From Vulcanimicrobiota bacterium (lineage in GTDB: Bacteria; Vulcanimicrobiota; Xenobia; Xenobiales; JADMJV01), in assembly GCA_050250895.1 (NCBI GenBank), contig JBFWNU010000001.1:1032008-1096007 (forward strand): DNA of 64,000 nt, written 5' to 3'. The notes under the pieces are model-generated. The model had not been told where the DNA came from and made no database searches. It was given only the letters and a program-made list of their open reading frames with translations. Made by a program: the position numbers and the translations under genes. How positions within the stretch are numbered: position 1 is the stretch's first letter; every line of letters starts with the position of its first letter. This document shows, in pieces, positions 9,570-18,910 of this stretch.

Positions 9570-9690
9570 ATCCGCACCCTACCACCACTTCATAAAAAAA
9601 GGCTGAAACAGCGAAAAAACCTTCGAAAGGATTGCCCTGGTCCGATCGCCAACTTGAAATGAAATCCACTCAATTTTCTTGGGAGCCCCT

Positions 9691-12600
9691 TTGTCGAACT
9701 TCGTCCACCTGCACTGCCACACTGAGTACAGCCTGCTCGACGGGTGCAACAAGATTCCTGATATGGTCAGCCGGGCTAAAGAACTCGGCATGCCGGCCGT
9801 GGCCATGACCGACCATGGAGTGATGTACGGCACGGTCCAATTCTACAAGGAGTGCAAGAAACAAGAAATCAAGCCGCTCATCGGCTGCGAGGTCTATGTG
9901 GCTCCTCGCACCATGCAAGACAAGCAACCGGGCATCGACGGTCGCCCCTACCACTTCACCCTGCTGGCTCAAAATCAAGAGGGTTATCGCAACCTGCTGC
10001 AACTGGTCAGCCGCGGCCACCTCGAGGGCTACTACTACAAGCCGCGCGTTGATCGCGCCCTGCTCGAGAAACACTCCAAAGGGCTGGTGGCGCTCTCGGG
10101 CTGTCTGCGGGGCGAGGTCAACGACGCTTTGCTCGAAGACAACTATGACCTGGCCAAAAAGCGTCTGGGCGAGTTGCGCGACATCTTTCAAGACAATCTT
10201 TTCGTCGAACTGATGGACCACGGTCTGCCCGAGCAGAAAAAGACCAACCAGGACCTGATCCGGCTGGCCCGCCACATGAATCTTCCGCTGGTGGGCACCA
10301 ACGACGCCCACTACGGCATGCGGTGTGATGCGTCGGTGCAAGACACTCTGGTCTGCATCCAAACCGGCAAGATGCTCGACGATCCCAACCGAATGAAGTT
10401 CTTCGCGCCCGAGTTCTATCTCAAGAGCGCCGACGAGATGGCCCGGGTCTTTGACGGGCTACCCGAGGCTTTGAGCAACACCCTGGTGGTGGCCGAACGG
10501 TGCAACCTCGACCTGGATCTCTCCACCGTCTACCTGCCCGTCTTTCCAGTGCCCGAGGGGCACACTCCCGAGACCTATCTGCGCGAGCTTTGTCGCGAGG
10601 GCTTCATCAAGCGCTTCGGTACCGCAAACCCCGGCTCCGAGTACCTCGAACGGCTCGAAGTCGAACTCGAGGTGATCAACACCAAAGGCTTCGCACCCTA
10701 CTTCTTGATCATCTGGGACTTCATCAAATACGCTCAGGAGAACGACATCCCGGTGGGGCCGGGGCGCGGGTCGGCGGCCGGCAGCCTGGTCGCCTATCTG
10801 ACCAACATCACGCGTCTGGATCCGCTCAAACACCAGCTGCTCTTCGAGCGTTTCCTCAACCCCGAGCGGACCGAATTGCCCGATGTCGATACCGACTTCT
10901 GCGTCGAGCGGCGTGAAGAAGTCATCGCCTACTGCCGTCGCAAATACGGCGAAGACAAGGTGGCCCAGATCATCACCTTCGGCCGCATGAAGGCCCGGGC
11001 CGCCATCCGCGACGTGGGCCGGGTGATGGACGTGCCCCTGGCCAAGGTCGACAAAGTGGCTAAAACCGTGCCCGAGGGCCCTAAGGTCAAGCTCAAGGAC
11101 GCCCTCGAGTCGCCCGAATTCAAAAAGCTCTACGACGAAGATGCCGAGACCCGCCAGATGGTCGATCTCGCCATCAAGGTCGAGGGAATGGCTCGCAACG
11201 CCGGGATCCACGCTGCCGGTGTCGTCATGTCGAGCCACCCCATCTCGCACATCGTGCCGCTGCAACGCATGAACGGCGACGAGGTGGTGGCCCAGTTCGA
11301 CATGAACGACGTGGCCGAAGTCGGCCTGGTCAAGATGGACTTCCTGGGCCTGCGCAACCTCACCGTGATCAACCACTGCCTCAAGATCATCGAGCGTTCT
11401 CAGGGCAAAACGCTCGACCTCGAGGCCCTGGCCTACGACGACCCGACCACCTACCAACTGCTGGCCGATGCCGACACCAACGGGGTTTTCCAGCTCGAAT
11501 CCGACGGCATGAAGCGCTATCTGCGCCAGCTTCGCCCCGACAAGTTCTCGGACATCGTGGCCTTTCTGGCGCTCTATCGCCCCGGGCCCCTCCAGGGCGG
11601 AGTGGTCGACGAATACATCCGGCGTCGTCACGGCAAGGGCGGACCGGTGGTCTACCCCCACGAACGCCTCGAAGAGATCCTGGCCGAGACCTACGGCTTC
11701 TTCCTCTACCAAGAGCAGGTGATGCTCACCGCCAACATCCTGGCCGGCTACACCATGGCAATGGCCGACGGGCTCCGTAAAGCCATGGGGAAAAAGAAGA
11801 TGGACGTGATGGCCAAGCATCGCCAGATCTTCGTCGAGGGGGCGGTCGAGCGCGGGGTCGACAAAAAGACCGCCGAAGATATCTTCGAGACGATGGAGAA
11901 GTTCGCCGCCTACGGCTTCAACAAGTCGCACAGCGCGGCCTATGCCATCGTCAGCTATCAAACCGCCTATCTCAAGGCCAATTATCGCCGCGAGTATATG
12001 GCAGCCCTTTTGACCAGCGTCATTTCGAGCCTCGACAAGGTGTCGTTCTTCATCAAAGAGTGCACCAACTCGGGCATCGAGGTGCTGGGTCCCGACCTCA
12101 ACGAATCGCAGGCCGAATTCTCGGTCGTGCCGGCCGGGATCCGCTGGGGTTTGGCGGCCATCCGCAATGTCGGCAAAGGCGCCGTCGACTCGCTGCTCGA
12201 GTCGCGAGCCAGGGAGGGGCCTTTCCAGGACCTGGCCGAGTTGTGCTGTCGCGTCGATCTGCGCCAGGTGAATAAGCGCGTCCTCGAAGGCTTGATCAAA
12301 GCCGGGGCCCTCGATAGCTTTGGCGAAACTCGGGCCACTCTCTTGGAGAACATCGACCTCTGTATCGAGCAGGGCCAACGAGCCCAAAGAGAGGCCGAAA
12401 CCGGGCAGTTCTCGCTTTTCGAGGCTCTGGCCCCCAGCAATACCCGCTTTGCCGACCTCGATATCACCCGCAAGCCCGAAATCGAGAAGCGCCAGTTGCT
12501 TGACCTCGAGCGCGAGATGCTGGGGATCTATCTTACCGATTCACCGCTGACCGATGTGCGCGAGGCTTTGCAGCGAAACACCTCTCACCGGATCGCCGAC

Positions 12601-13173
12601 CTGGCCAACGCCGAAGACGGCACCCCGGTCAGCATCGGTGGCATGATCAACTCCGTCCGCAAGATCATGACTCGCTTCAAGACGCCCATGGCCTTTCTCG
12701 AGGTTGAAGACTTCTCGGGCTCGATCGAGGTCAGCGTGCGTCCGGCCGCCTACGAGAAAGTGGCTCCGCTGCTCGAATCGGGCGGTCTGGTAGTGGTCAA
12801 AGGCCGAGCCGAGCTGCGCCAGCGGCGCGGCGAAGAGCAGGAGGAGATCCCTTCTGAAGAGGTGAAAGTCCAGGCCGAAGACATCCTTTGCCTTGAGCGT
12901 TTGGCCGAAGCCGGCCGAGGCGGGGGCAGGGAGAAACCCAAGCCCGGAGTGCACATTCGCGTTCAGCTATTCCAAAGCGAATCTCTACCGCAGCTGCGTA
13001 ATCTTCTGTTGAAACATCGCGGGGGGCAAACCGTTTACCTTCACCTGTGCAGCCCGAAGGGCGAGACTGTGATGCATCTATCGCAGACATTCGGAGTCAA
13101 GCACAGTGATGCGTTCGCCCTGGAGGTACAGACGCTGTTGGGACGAGAGGCGCTATGGGCCGAGGCCAGCTGA
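9691..13173 (+). CDS. dnaE: DNA polymerase III alpha subunit
   Basis: PHP motif HLHCHTEYSLLDG, GRGSAAGS, PDVDTDF, YGFNKSH, clamp motif QFSLF, OB fold; TTG 9691 after GGGAG. Confidence 0.98.
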   Translation: MSNFVHLHCHTEYSLLDGCNKIPDMVSRAKELGMPAVAMTDHGVMYGTVQFYKECKKQEIKPLIGCEVYVAPRTMQDKQPGIDGRPYHFTLLAQNQEGYRNLLQLVSRGHLEGYYYKPRVDRALLEKHSKGLVALSGCLRGEVNDALLEDNYDLAKKRLGELRDIFQDNLFVELMDHGLPEQKKTNQDLIRLARHMNLPLVGTNDAHYGMRCDASVQDTLVCIQTGKMLDDPNRMKFFAPEFYLKSADEMARVFDGLPEALSNTLVVAERCNLDLDLSTVYLPVFPVPEGHTPETYLRELCREGFIKRFGTANPGSEYLERLEVELEVINTKGFAPYFLIIWDFIKYAQENDIPVGPGRGSAAGSLVAYLTNITRLDPLKHQLLFERFLNPERTELPDVDTDFCVERREEVIAYCRRKYGEDKVAQIITFGRMKARAAIRDVGRVMDVPLAKVDKVAKTVPEGPKVKLKDALESPEFKKLYDEDAETRQMVDLAIKVEGMARNAGIHAAGVVMSSHPISHIVPLQRMNGDEVVAQFDMNDVAEVGLVKMDFLGLRNLTVINHCLKIIERSQGKTLDLEALAYDDPTTYQLLADADTNGVFQLESDGMKRYLRQLRPDKFSDIVAFLALYRPGPLQGGVVDEYIRRRHGKGGPVVYPHERLEEILAETYGFFLYQEQVMLTANILAGYTMAMADGLRKAMGKKKMDVMAKHRQIFVEGAVERGVDKKTAEDIFETMEKFAAYGFNKSHSAAYAIVSYQTAYLKANYRREYMAALLTSVISSLDKVSFFIKECTNSGIEVLGPDLNESQAEFSVVPAGIRWGLAAIRNVGKGAVDSLLESRAREGPFQDLAELCCRVDLRQVNKRVLEGLIKAGALDSFGETRATLLENIDLCIEQGQRAQREAETGQFSLFEALAPSNTRFADLDITRKPEIEKRQLLDLEREMLGIYLTDSPLTDVREALQRNTSHRIADLANAEDGTPVSIGGMINSVRKIMTRFKTPMAFLEVEDFSGSIEVSVRPAAYEKVAPLLESGGLVVVKGRAELRQRRGEEQEEIPSEEVKVQAEDILCLERLAEAGRGGGREKPKPGVHIRVQLFQSESLPQLRNLLLKHRGGQTVYLHLCSPKGETVMHLSQTFGVKHSDAFALEVQTLLGREALWAEAS

Positions 13174-13183
13174 GGAGGCCCTT

Positions 13184-13654
13184 TTGCCGCGAGACATCGA
13201 TGCTCTGACCCAGCTCTATACCGCCGCCTACATCGAAGACGACCTGGCGGATGAAATGAGTCGAGCGCGTCGTTTTGGCCGGGACCTCGGTCTGTTGCTG
13301 CTAGAGCCTATTATCCCGGATACGCTGCGTCTGGACATGAACTATCCGGTGCTCAAGCGCCTGGCCCAGACCTGCCGCCAATGCACCCGTCAAGTCGACG
13401 ACGGGGTCCGTCTGGCCAATCAGATCCTGCTCGTACTGCCCGAGACTTCAGCAGAAGGCATCGAGACCATCGCGGGCAAAATCGCAAACAGTTTCGAGGA
13501 GTACACCTTCACCCACTCGAACACCGGCCAGACGTTCGTTGGCAGGTTTCACGACGCTCGAGTGGTGTTTCCGAACGAAATCGAGGATGCTCACCAATTG
13601 GTGGATATGCTCAAGGCTCAACTCAACGAGTCGAAAAACGCGAGCAAAGGATAG
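13184..13654 (+). CDS. Degenerate GGDEF-domain protein 1
   Basis: DALTQLY..EMSRARR..LKRLA..RQVD..VRLANQILLVLPET; RBS GAGGAGG overlaps the dnaE stop. Confidence 0.75.
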   Translation: MPRDIDALTQLYTAAYIEDDLADEMSRARRFGRDLGLLLLEPIIPDTLRLDMNYPVLKRLAQTCRQCTRQVDDGVRLANQILLVLPETSAEGIETIAGKIANSFEEYTFTHSNTGQTFVGRFHDARVVFPNEIEDAHQLVDMLKAQLNESKNASKG

Positions 13655-13663
13655 GAGTTTACC

Positions 13664-14131
13664 GTGCCACTCCCTCAAGACCGTTTAACCAAGCTGATTC
13701 ACGAAAGTGAACTCGACGAGCAGTTGAACTATGAGATGGAACGTGCTCGTCGTTACGAGTGGGACCTGGGGCTCATTCTGGTGGTGCCGCGACTGCCCGA
13801 GAATAACGCCGATATGATGTATCCCGCCCTCAAGCGCCTGGCACTAGCCTGTAGCTCCATCATGCGGGTGGTGGACCGCGGCATTCGTTGGGGCAACGGC
13901 ATCTTCTTCATCCTACCAGAGACCCCGGCCGAGGGCGTGGATGTGGCCGCCAGAAAAATCCAGGAGGAGTTCGAGCGGACCGAGATTGCCCACCCGACCA
14001 CCGGCGAAACCTTCTTGTGCGGCATGGGCAAATCCATCCGAGTCTACAACGGCAAGCACGCCAAAGCCAATCCTGGTGAGGCCATGGACTTCAAGCAGAT
14101 GAAGCAGGCCATCAAAGAGGGTCTCGAGTAG
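13664..14131 (+). CDS. Degenerate GGDEF-domain protein 2 (paralog of the previous gene)
   Basis: DRLTKL..EMERARR..LKRLA..RVVD..IRWGNGIFFILPET; RBS AGGAG. Confidence 0.75.
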   Translation: MPLPQDRLTKLIHESELDEQLNYEMERARRYEWDLGLILVVPRLPENNADMMYPALKRLALACSSIMRVVDRGIRWGNGIFFILPETPAEGVDVAARKIQEEFERTEIAHPTTGETFLCGMGKSIRVYNGKHAKANPGEAMDFKQMKQAIKEGLE

Positions 14132-14134
14132 GCC

Positions 14135-14806
14135 CTAGAGTCGCTGCTGAATGAAGACACGAGTGCTGCCCCAGGAGTAGTTGCGCGACTGTTCGCTCAG
14201 AGTGGTCCAGGCCAACTTCGGTAGCGGGCTACTCAGGGTGACACAGCGAGCCCCGCTTGGTGCTTCGTGCATCAAGGTTTGCAGCGTCTTCCAGGAATCG
14301 TCCTCGAGGGTGGTGGGCGACAAGAAATAGAGAGTGCCTTGAGGCAACGGCCCGTCCAGATAGTTGCGCTGTTCGAAGGTCAGCCCCTCGAGCCCGAGCC
14401 GCCGCACTTGCAGGCTGCATCGATCCACGAAACCGCCCATGACCTCCTGGCCGGAGCCCTGGCAGCCAAAGGCCAGAGCCCCGACGAATAGCAGATTGGC
14501 TCGACCGCATCCGAGTTCTACCAGATGATCCTCGGGACCGGCTCGCAACTCTTGCAACAACTGCCAGGCGGTGAGAATGGGCGTCTCTCCATAGATGCAG
14601 TCGTTCTCGGAGAGCTCACTGGCCCGACCCTCGCGGCGGGCCAACCCGAACGGTCCGCGCGGATACGTCAGCCGGCGAGCCAGCCGCAATCGCCACCACC
14701 AACGTTCTCGCCCCAGGACCCGCGCCTCTTTGAGATCGAGCCTCAGATTGTAGAGGGAGTTCTCGAGTCCCACGCCCAGCAGGGTGAACCACTCACCAAC
14801 CGACAT
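14135..14806 (-). CDS. Class I SAM-dependent methyltransferase (DOT1-like)
   Basis: IYGETP followed by VELGCGRA motif I. Confidence 0.8.
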   Translation of the reverse strand: MSVGEWFTLLGVGLENSLYNLRLDLKEARVLGRERWWWRLRLARRLTYPRGPFGLARREGRASELSENDCIYGETPILTAWQLLQELRAGPEDHLVELGCGRANLLFVGALAFGCQGSGQEVMGGFVDRCSLQVRRLGLEGLTFEQRNYLDGPLPQGTLYFLSPTTLEDDSWKTLQTLMHEAPSGARCVTLSSPLPKLAWTTLSEQSRNYSWGSTRVFIQQRL

Positions 14807-14877
14807 CCTGGGGCTGTTCGTCTCGGCGGGCCCGATTCATCCCAGGACGTGCCTGGCGAGGCAGCGAAACTGGGCCG

Positions 14878-16005
14878 ATGAACGCCCGCGCCGGCCTGGC
14901 CAACACCCGCACCCTGGTGGTCAAACTGGGCACTTCCGTGTGCCTGAACGAAAAGGGCGCGCCCAACGGCGAGGTCCTGTTGCCCCTGGCCCGCGAGATC
15001 GCCGAGTTGAGACGCCGAGGCCTTCAGGTGGTGGTGGTCAGCTCGGGAGCCGTCGGCATGGGCCGCGCCCTCGATGTGCACGGTCAAATCGGCAATCAGA
15101 ACCTGGCTCAGAAACAAGCCCTGGCCGCTCTGGGTCAGGTAGAACTGATGAACGTCTATCGTCGCATCTTCGAACTTCTGGGGGTACTGGTTGCCCAGGT
15201 GCTCCTAACCCGACGCGATCTCGACAGCCGCGAACGCTACCTCAACGCTCGCAACACTCTGCTGACTCTGTTGCGAGCCGACGTGCTGCCGGTCATCAAT
15301 GAAAACGACTCGGTGGCCACCGACGAGATTCGCTTTGGCGACAACGACATTCTGGCTTGCCTGGTCGGCTCGGTGGTAGAAGCCGACCTGGTGGTCAACC
15401 TTACCCAAGCAGAGGGCTTGTTGGCCCCGGTCGCGGGAGGCCATCGCGTCGTCCCACAGGTCGCCGGTGTCAGCGACGAGACCTTCAGCCTGGTGGAGGA
15501 AGGTACTTCCCGGGGCGGCACCGGTGGCATGCGTTCCAAACTGCTGGCCGCCCAGGCGGCTGAGGACTATGGTGGAGCCATGGTCATTGCCCGAGCCCAA
15601 GAGCCCAATGTACTGGTGCGTTTGCTAGCCGGCGAAGAACTGGGAACACTCTTTATCCCGCCAGCGCGCAAGCCGCGCAGCCGCAAGCGCTGGCTGGCCG
15701 CCGGTGCGGTCTGCAAGGGCACGCTGGTGGTCGACGCCGGCGCGCGCCAGGCCCTGGTCCACGACGGTCGCAGCTTATTGCCGGTTGGAGTCAAGGCCGT
15801 CGAAGGAGAATTTACGGTCGGCGATGTGGTGGCCATTGCCGACCTCGAGGGCGCCCCACTCGGTCGAGGCCTCACCAACTACAACTCTGAGGACCTGGCC
15901 CGAATCAAGGGCCAGCCAACGCAGGGGCTCGAAGAGATTCTGGGTTTTCGCGGCTACGACGAAGTCATCCACCGAGACAACCTATTCATCAGGAAGGACG
16001 GCTAA
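14878..16005 (+). CDS. proB: Glutamate 5-kinase
   Basis: VVKLGTS, SSGA, NENDSV..FGDND, GTGGMRSKL, C-terminal PUA domain. Confidence 0.97.
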   Translation: MNARAGLANTRTLVVKLGTSVCLNEKGAPNGEVLLPLAREIAELRRRGLQVVVVSSGAVGMGRALDVHGQIGNQNLAQKQALAALGQVELMNVYRRIFELLGVLVAQVLLTRRDLDSRERYLNARNTLLTLLRADVLPVINENDSVATDEIRFGDNDILACLVGSVVEADLVVNLTQAEGLLAPVAGGHRVVPQVAGVSDETFSLVEEGTSRGGTGGMRSKLLAAQAAEDYGGAMVIARAQEPNVLVRLLAGEELGTLFIPPARKPRSRKRWLAAGAVCKGTLVVDAGARQALVHDGRSLLPVGVKAVEGEFTVGDVVAIADLEGAPLGRGLTNYNSEDLARIKGQPTQGLEEILGFRGYDEVIHRDNLFIRKDG

Positions 16006-16388
16006 ATCTGCATCGGAAGACCCAGCACCGACTCGACGATGGTCAATAGTTCGCGGGGTTCGAACGGCTTCTTGACGAAGTAGTCAGCGCCTGACTCCAG
16101 GGTCTGCAAGGCGCTCGAATCTTCCGAACGGGCCGTCAGCATAATCACAGGCAGAGTTTGATTTTGAGGCGAACTTCGCACCGCCTCAAGCACCTCGAGA
16201 CCGGTCATCTCAGGCATCATGAAATCGAGCACCAGCAGATCAAAGCCCCCCGGAGCCAGCAACTCTAGCGCCTCAGCCCCGCTGGCCGCCTGCTCGATCT
16301 CTAACTGGTCACTACCGAGCGTCAGGATGCGGCAAACCATGCGACGGATGGGATGGTCGTCGTCAACGACCAGAATCCTTTTGGCCAC
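16002..16388 (-). CDS. Single-domain response regulator (CheY-like)
   Basis: ILVVDDD, LLVLDFMMP, IMLTA, KPF; GTG start after GGAGG. Confidence 0.92.
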   Translation of the reverse strand: MAKRILVVDDDHPIRRMVCRILTLGSDQLEIEQAASGAEALELLAPGGFDLLVLDFMMPEMTGLEVLEAVRSSPQNQTLPVIMLTARSEDSSALQTLESGADYFVKKPFEPRELLTIVESVLGLPMQI

Positions 16389-16434
16389 AGCGCACCTCCC
16401 CAATCTAACCCGTTTTGCTTCCTGGTTTTGCCGC

Positions 16435-17193
16435 TTGATCCCTACTTTGTTGGTTTTGGGCTTGCTCCAACGAGGTCTGGCTGCTCCCTCGCAGGTCACG
16501 GGCGTGGTCCTGTCGGTGGAAGGCCCGCGGGTCAGCCTGCGCAGCGCCGATGGGGCAACGATTCAAGTGACCGTCACCAGGCCTCCGGCTAATCTCCAAG
16601 CTGGAGACTTGGTAGAAGTCCAGCCAGGCAATCCGGGCTCGAGGTTGACCATCCGACCTTCTAACTCGAATCCTGGAACAGGCAGGATCTACGCGGTCGA
16701 CCCCAGCCGGAAGATCGTGCAGGTGGATACTGCCCGGGGCCGAGTCGAGCTGACCGTGATACCGGCCACGGTCGTCTTCAAAGAGCACCGGGCCACCACC
16801 TGGCGCAACCTGCATCGGGGTGAAACCGTGGCTTTCGTCCCCCAGGGAGTCAGCCCGAACGGCCCTGTCCTGATCATCTATGACACCACCAGCTACGCCA
16901 TCCGCCTGCTCTCGCCCACCCACGGGGGACTGTTGGCGTGGGGCGAGGTCACTCGAGTCGAGCGCGAAGCCGGCGGCCTGGAGGGCTCGCTCACCCTCGA
17001 GAGCCTCGACGGCGAAAGCATCACGGTTCGATTCGACCAGCAAACGCGTTGGCGGCTCGGAGCCCGCTTCAAGGAACCGGCCGACTTTCAAGATGTTGAA
17101 AGCCTGGTATTCGGGTCCAACAAAAACCAGGCCCGCCTGATCCTCAGCCGCCGGGCCGCCCGCTTTCTCCTCGATAGCTCCCTGGCGCCCTAG
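16435..17193 (+). CDS. Exported hypothetical protein with repeated OB-like beta units (DUF5666-like)
   Basis: Signal peptide; repeated GxVxxV beta-strand units; start uncertain. Confidence 0.55.
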   Translation: MIPTLLVLGLLQRGLAAPSQVTGVVLSVEGPRVSLRSADGATIQVTVTRPPANLQAGDLVEVQPGNPGSRLTIRPSNSNPGTGRIYAVDPSRKIVQVDTARGRVELTVIPATVVFKEHRATTWRNLHRGETVAFVPQGVSPNGPVLIIYDTTSYAIRLLSPTHGGLLAWGEVTRVEREAGGLEGSLTLESLDGESITVRFDQQTRWRLGARFKEPADFQDVESLVFGSNKNQARLILSRRAARFLLDSSLAP

Positions 17194-17196
17194 CGC

Positions 17197-17232
17197 AAAA
17201 AGAAAAGGCCCCCCAAACTCGGAGGACCTTTC
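17197..17232. terminator. Putative terminator between convergent genes
   Basis: A-rich tract plus imperfect AAAGGCCCCCC...GGAGGACCTTT hairpin. Confidence 0.4.
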
Positions 17233-17263
17233 CTACCCATTTGCCTCCCGTGAAGGGAGAGGA

Positions 17264-17812
17264 CTAGCGCTTGTAGACCTGACGCGGGTGGGGTTCAGCC
17301 AACACCGAGTCGACCGGGTCCCAGATGCGCATCTTCAGATCCCAATTGACCTCAGAGTCACTCTCGATTTTCACCACGATGCGCTCATAGTCGTTTCCAT
17401 CGCGGGGAATGCTGTAACGAATGTTACCGCGTGCTTCGGGAAATGCTCCGAGGAGTTTCATGTCGGGAGTGTAGAAGTAAACGCTCAGTTTCTCAGGTCG
17501 CAGGGCGCGATAGCCATGCCCCATGGGAAACACGTCATACAGGCCGAGTCGAGGAATGATCTCATACCGCATGCGGTGAGATTCAATCTCCCAATACTTC
17601 CCGTTGATCGCGTCGAACGTCACGTAGCTCTTCGGATAGAAGAAGAAGTTAGTGACGTGGGACGGATACTGGTACACTTTGTACCGGTAAGGTCCATGCT
17701 CGGTGATGTCAGAGCGTGTGCCCAAGTCGTCTTCCGCCGCGGCGGGAGAGAGACAAAAGAGCCCTACGGCCACGACGGCAGCGAACACCGACAACAAAGA
17801 TTTACATCTCAT
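17264..17812 (-). CDS. Exported aromatic-rich hypothetical protein
   Basis: ATG 17812 after AAGGAGA; signal peptide ending PAAA. Confidence 0.7.
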   Translation of the reverse strand: MRCKSLLSVFAAVVAVGLFCLSPAAAEDDLGTRSDITEHGPYRYKVYQYPSHVTNFFFYPKSYVTFDAINGKYWEIESHRMRYEIIPRLGLYDVFPMGHGYRALRPEKLSVYFYTPDMKLLGAFPEARGNIRYSIPRDGNDYERIVVKIESDSEVNWDLKMRIWDPVDSVLAEPHPRQVYKR

Positions 17813-17983
17813 CCGGGCCTTCTCCTTGTCGATATTTTCCTTCGAGAAGGCAGAGGCCGAAACCCCAGTCCCCTCGATATCTTGAATTTCCATCAGAAAT
17901 CCAGAGATTCCCCTCCAGTTTCAACGGGACCCAGAAAACTCCTTCCCCCTTCCCCTGGGGCGGCGATGCCTTTATTTAAAGAC

Positions 17984-18910
17984 TTAGCGCGCCTTTCCAA
18001 GAAAGTCCTGGTCTTCAGCATAAGAGACTATCGAACATCCTTCCGCTTGAAGCAGCTTCAAAAGTGTGGTAAAGGCGTTGACGTCACCGTCGTAGAGAAA
18101 TCGGACCAGGTTGCCCGTCTGGGTCGAAACCGACAGGTGATACACTTGCTCATTGCGCTCGAGAAATCGCACGGCCGCCCGAAACCCCGCCTCGAACTGA
18201 ACCTGCATCATCCTGAAGTTCACCAGCTTGGGCAACAGGTCCCTGACGCGCCCACAAGCCAGCACTCGATCAGCCACCAGGATGCAGACATGACTGCACA
18301 GTTCCGACAACTCGGCCAGCGTCTCGGAGCACAACACCAGGGCCCGCCCGCGCCCCCTCAACTCGGACAAAATCTCGACCAGCTGGGTCCGTTCGGCACG
18401 CTCGAGCTTGACCAGACAATCGTCCATCAAGAAAAGGTCGGGATCATGGATGAGGGCCCGGGCCATTCCCAACCAGCGACGAGAACCGTAACTCATGGTC
18501 GAGACGAGCTTGTCCTGAAAGCCGTCCAGCCGAACCAGCCGAAGACATTCGCGAATCAAGTAGGGTCGGTAGTGAAGATCGACCTCGAAGGCCTCGGCAA
18601 AAAACTCGAGATACTCCTGACAGGAAAGCTCTTCATAAACTCCCGGCGTGCTCGAGACATAGCCGGTCAGGCTGCGAGTGCTCGGACCTACCGGCCAGCC
18701 ACAGATCTCGACCTTCCCGGTAAAATCCGTGCGCAGCCCCGCCAATATCGCCAGCAGGCTCGACTTGCCCGAACTCGGGGGGCCCACCACGCCCATCACC
18801 TGACCGGCCTCGAGGCGAAAGTCCAGACCCTCTGGCTCACGCCCCCTCACCGTCTTGAGCACTAGACCGCTAACGTCGAGTATGGGAGAATCGGGAGATT
18901 TACGGCTCAA
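17984..18910 (-). CDS. ABC-type ATP-binding protein (DrrA-like) with divergent motifs
   Basis: Walker A GPPSSGKS, signature MSYGS, Walker B LFLMDD. Confidence 0.85.
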   Translation of the reverse strand: MSRKSPDSPILDVSGLVLKTVRGREPEGLDFRLEAGQVMGVVGPPSSGKSSLLAILAGLRTDFTGKVEICGWPVGPSTRSLTGYVSSTPGVYEELSCQEYLEFFAEAFEVDLHYRPYLIRECLRLVRLDGFQDKLVSTMSYGSRRWLGMARALIHDPDLFLMDDCLVKLERAERTQLVEILSELRGRGRALVLCSETLAELSELCSHVCILVADRVLACGRVRDLLPKLVNFRMMQVQFEAGFRAAVRFLERNEQVYHLSVSTQTGNLVRFLYDGDVNAFTTLLKLLQAEGCSIVSYAEDQDFLGKAR

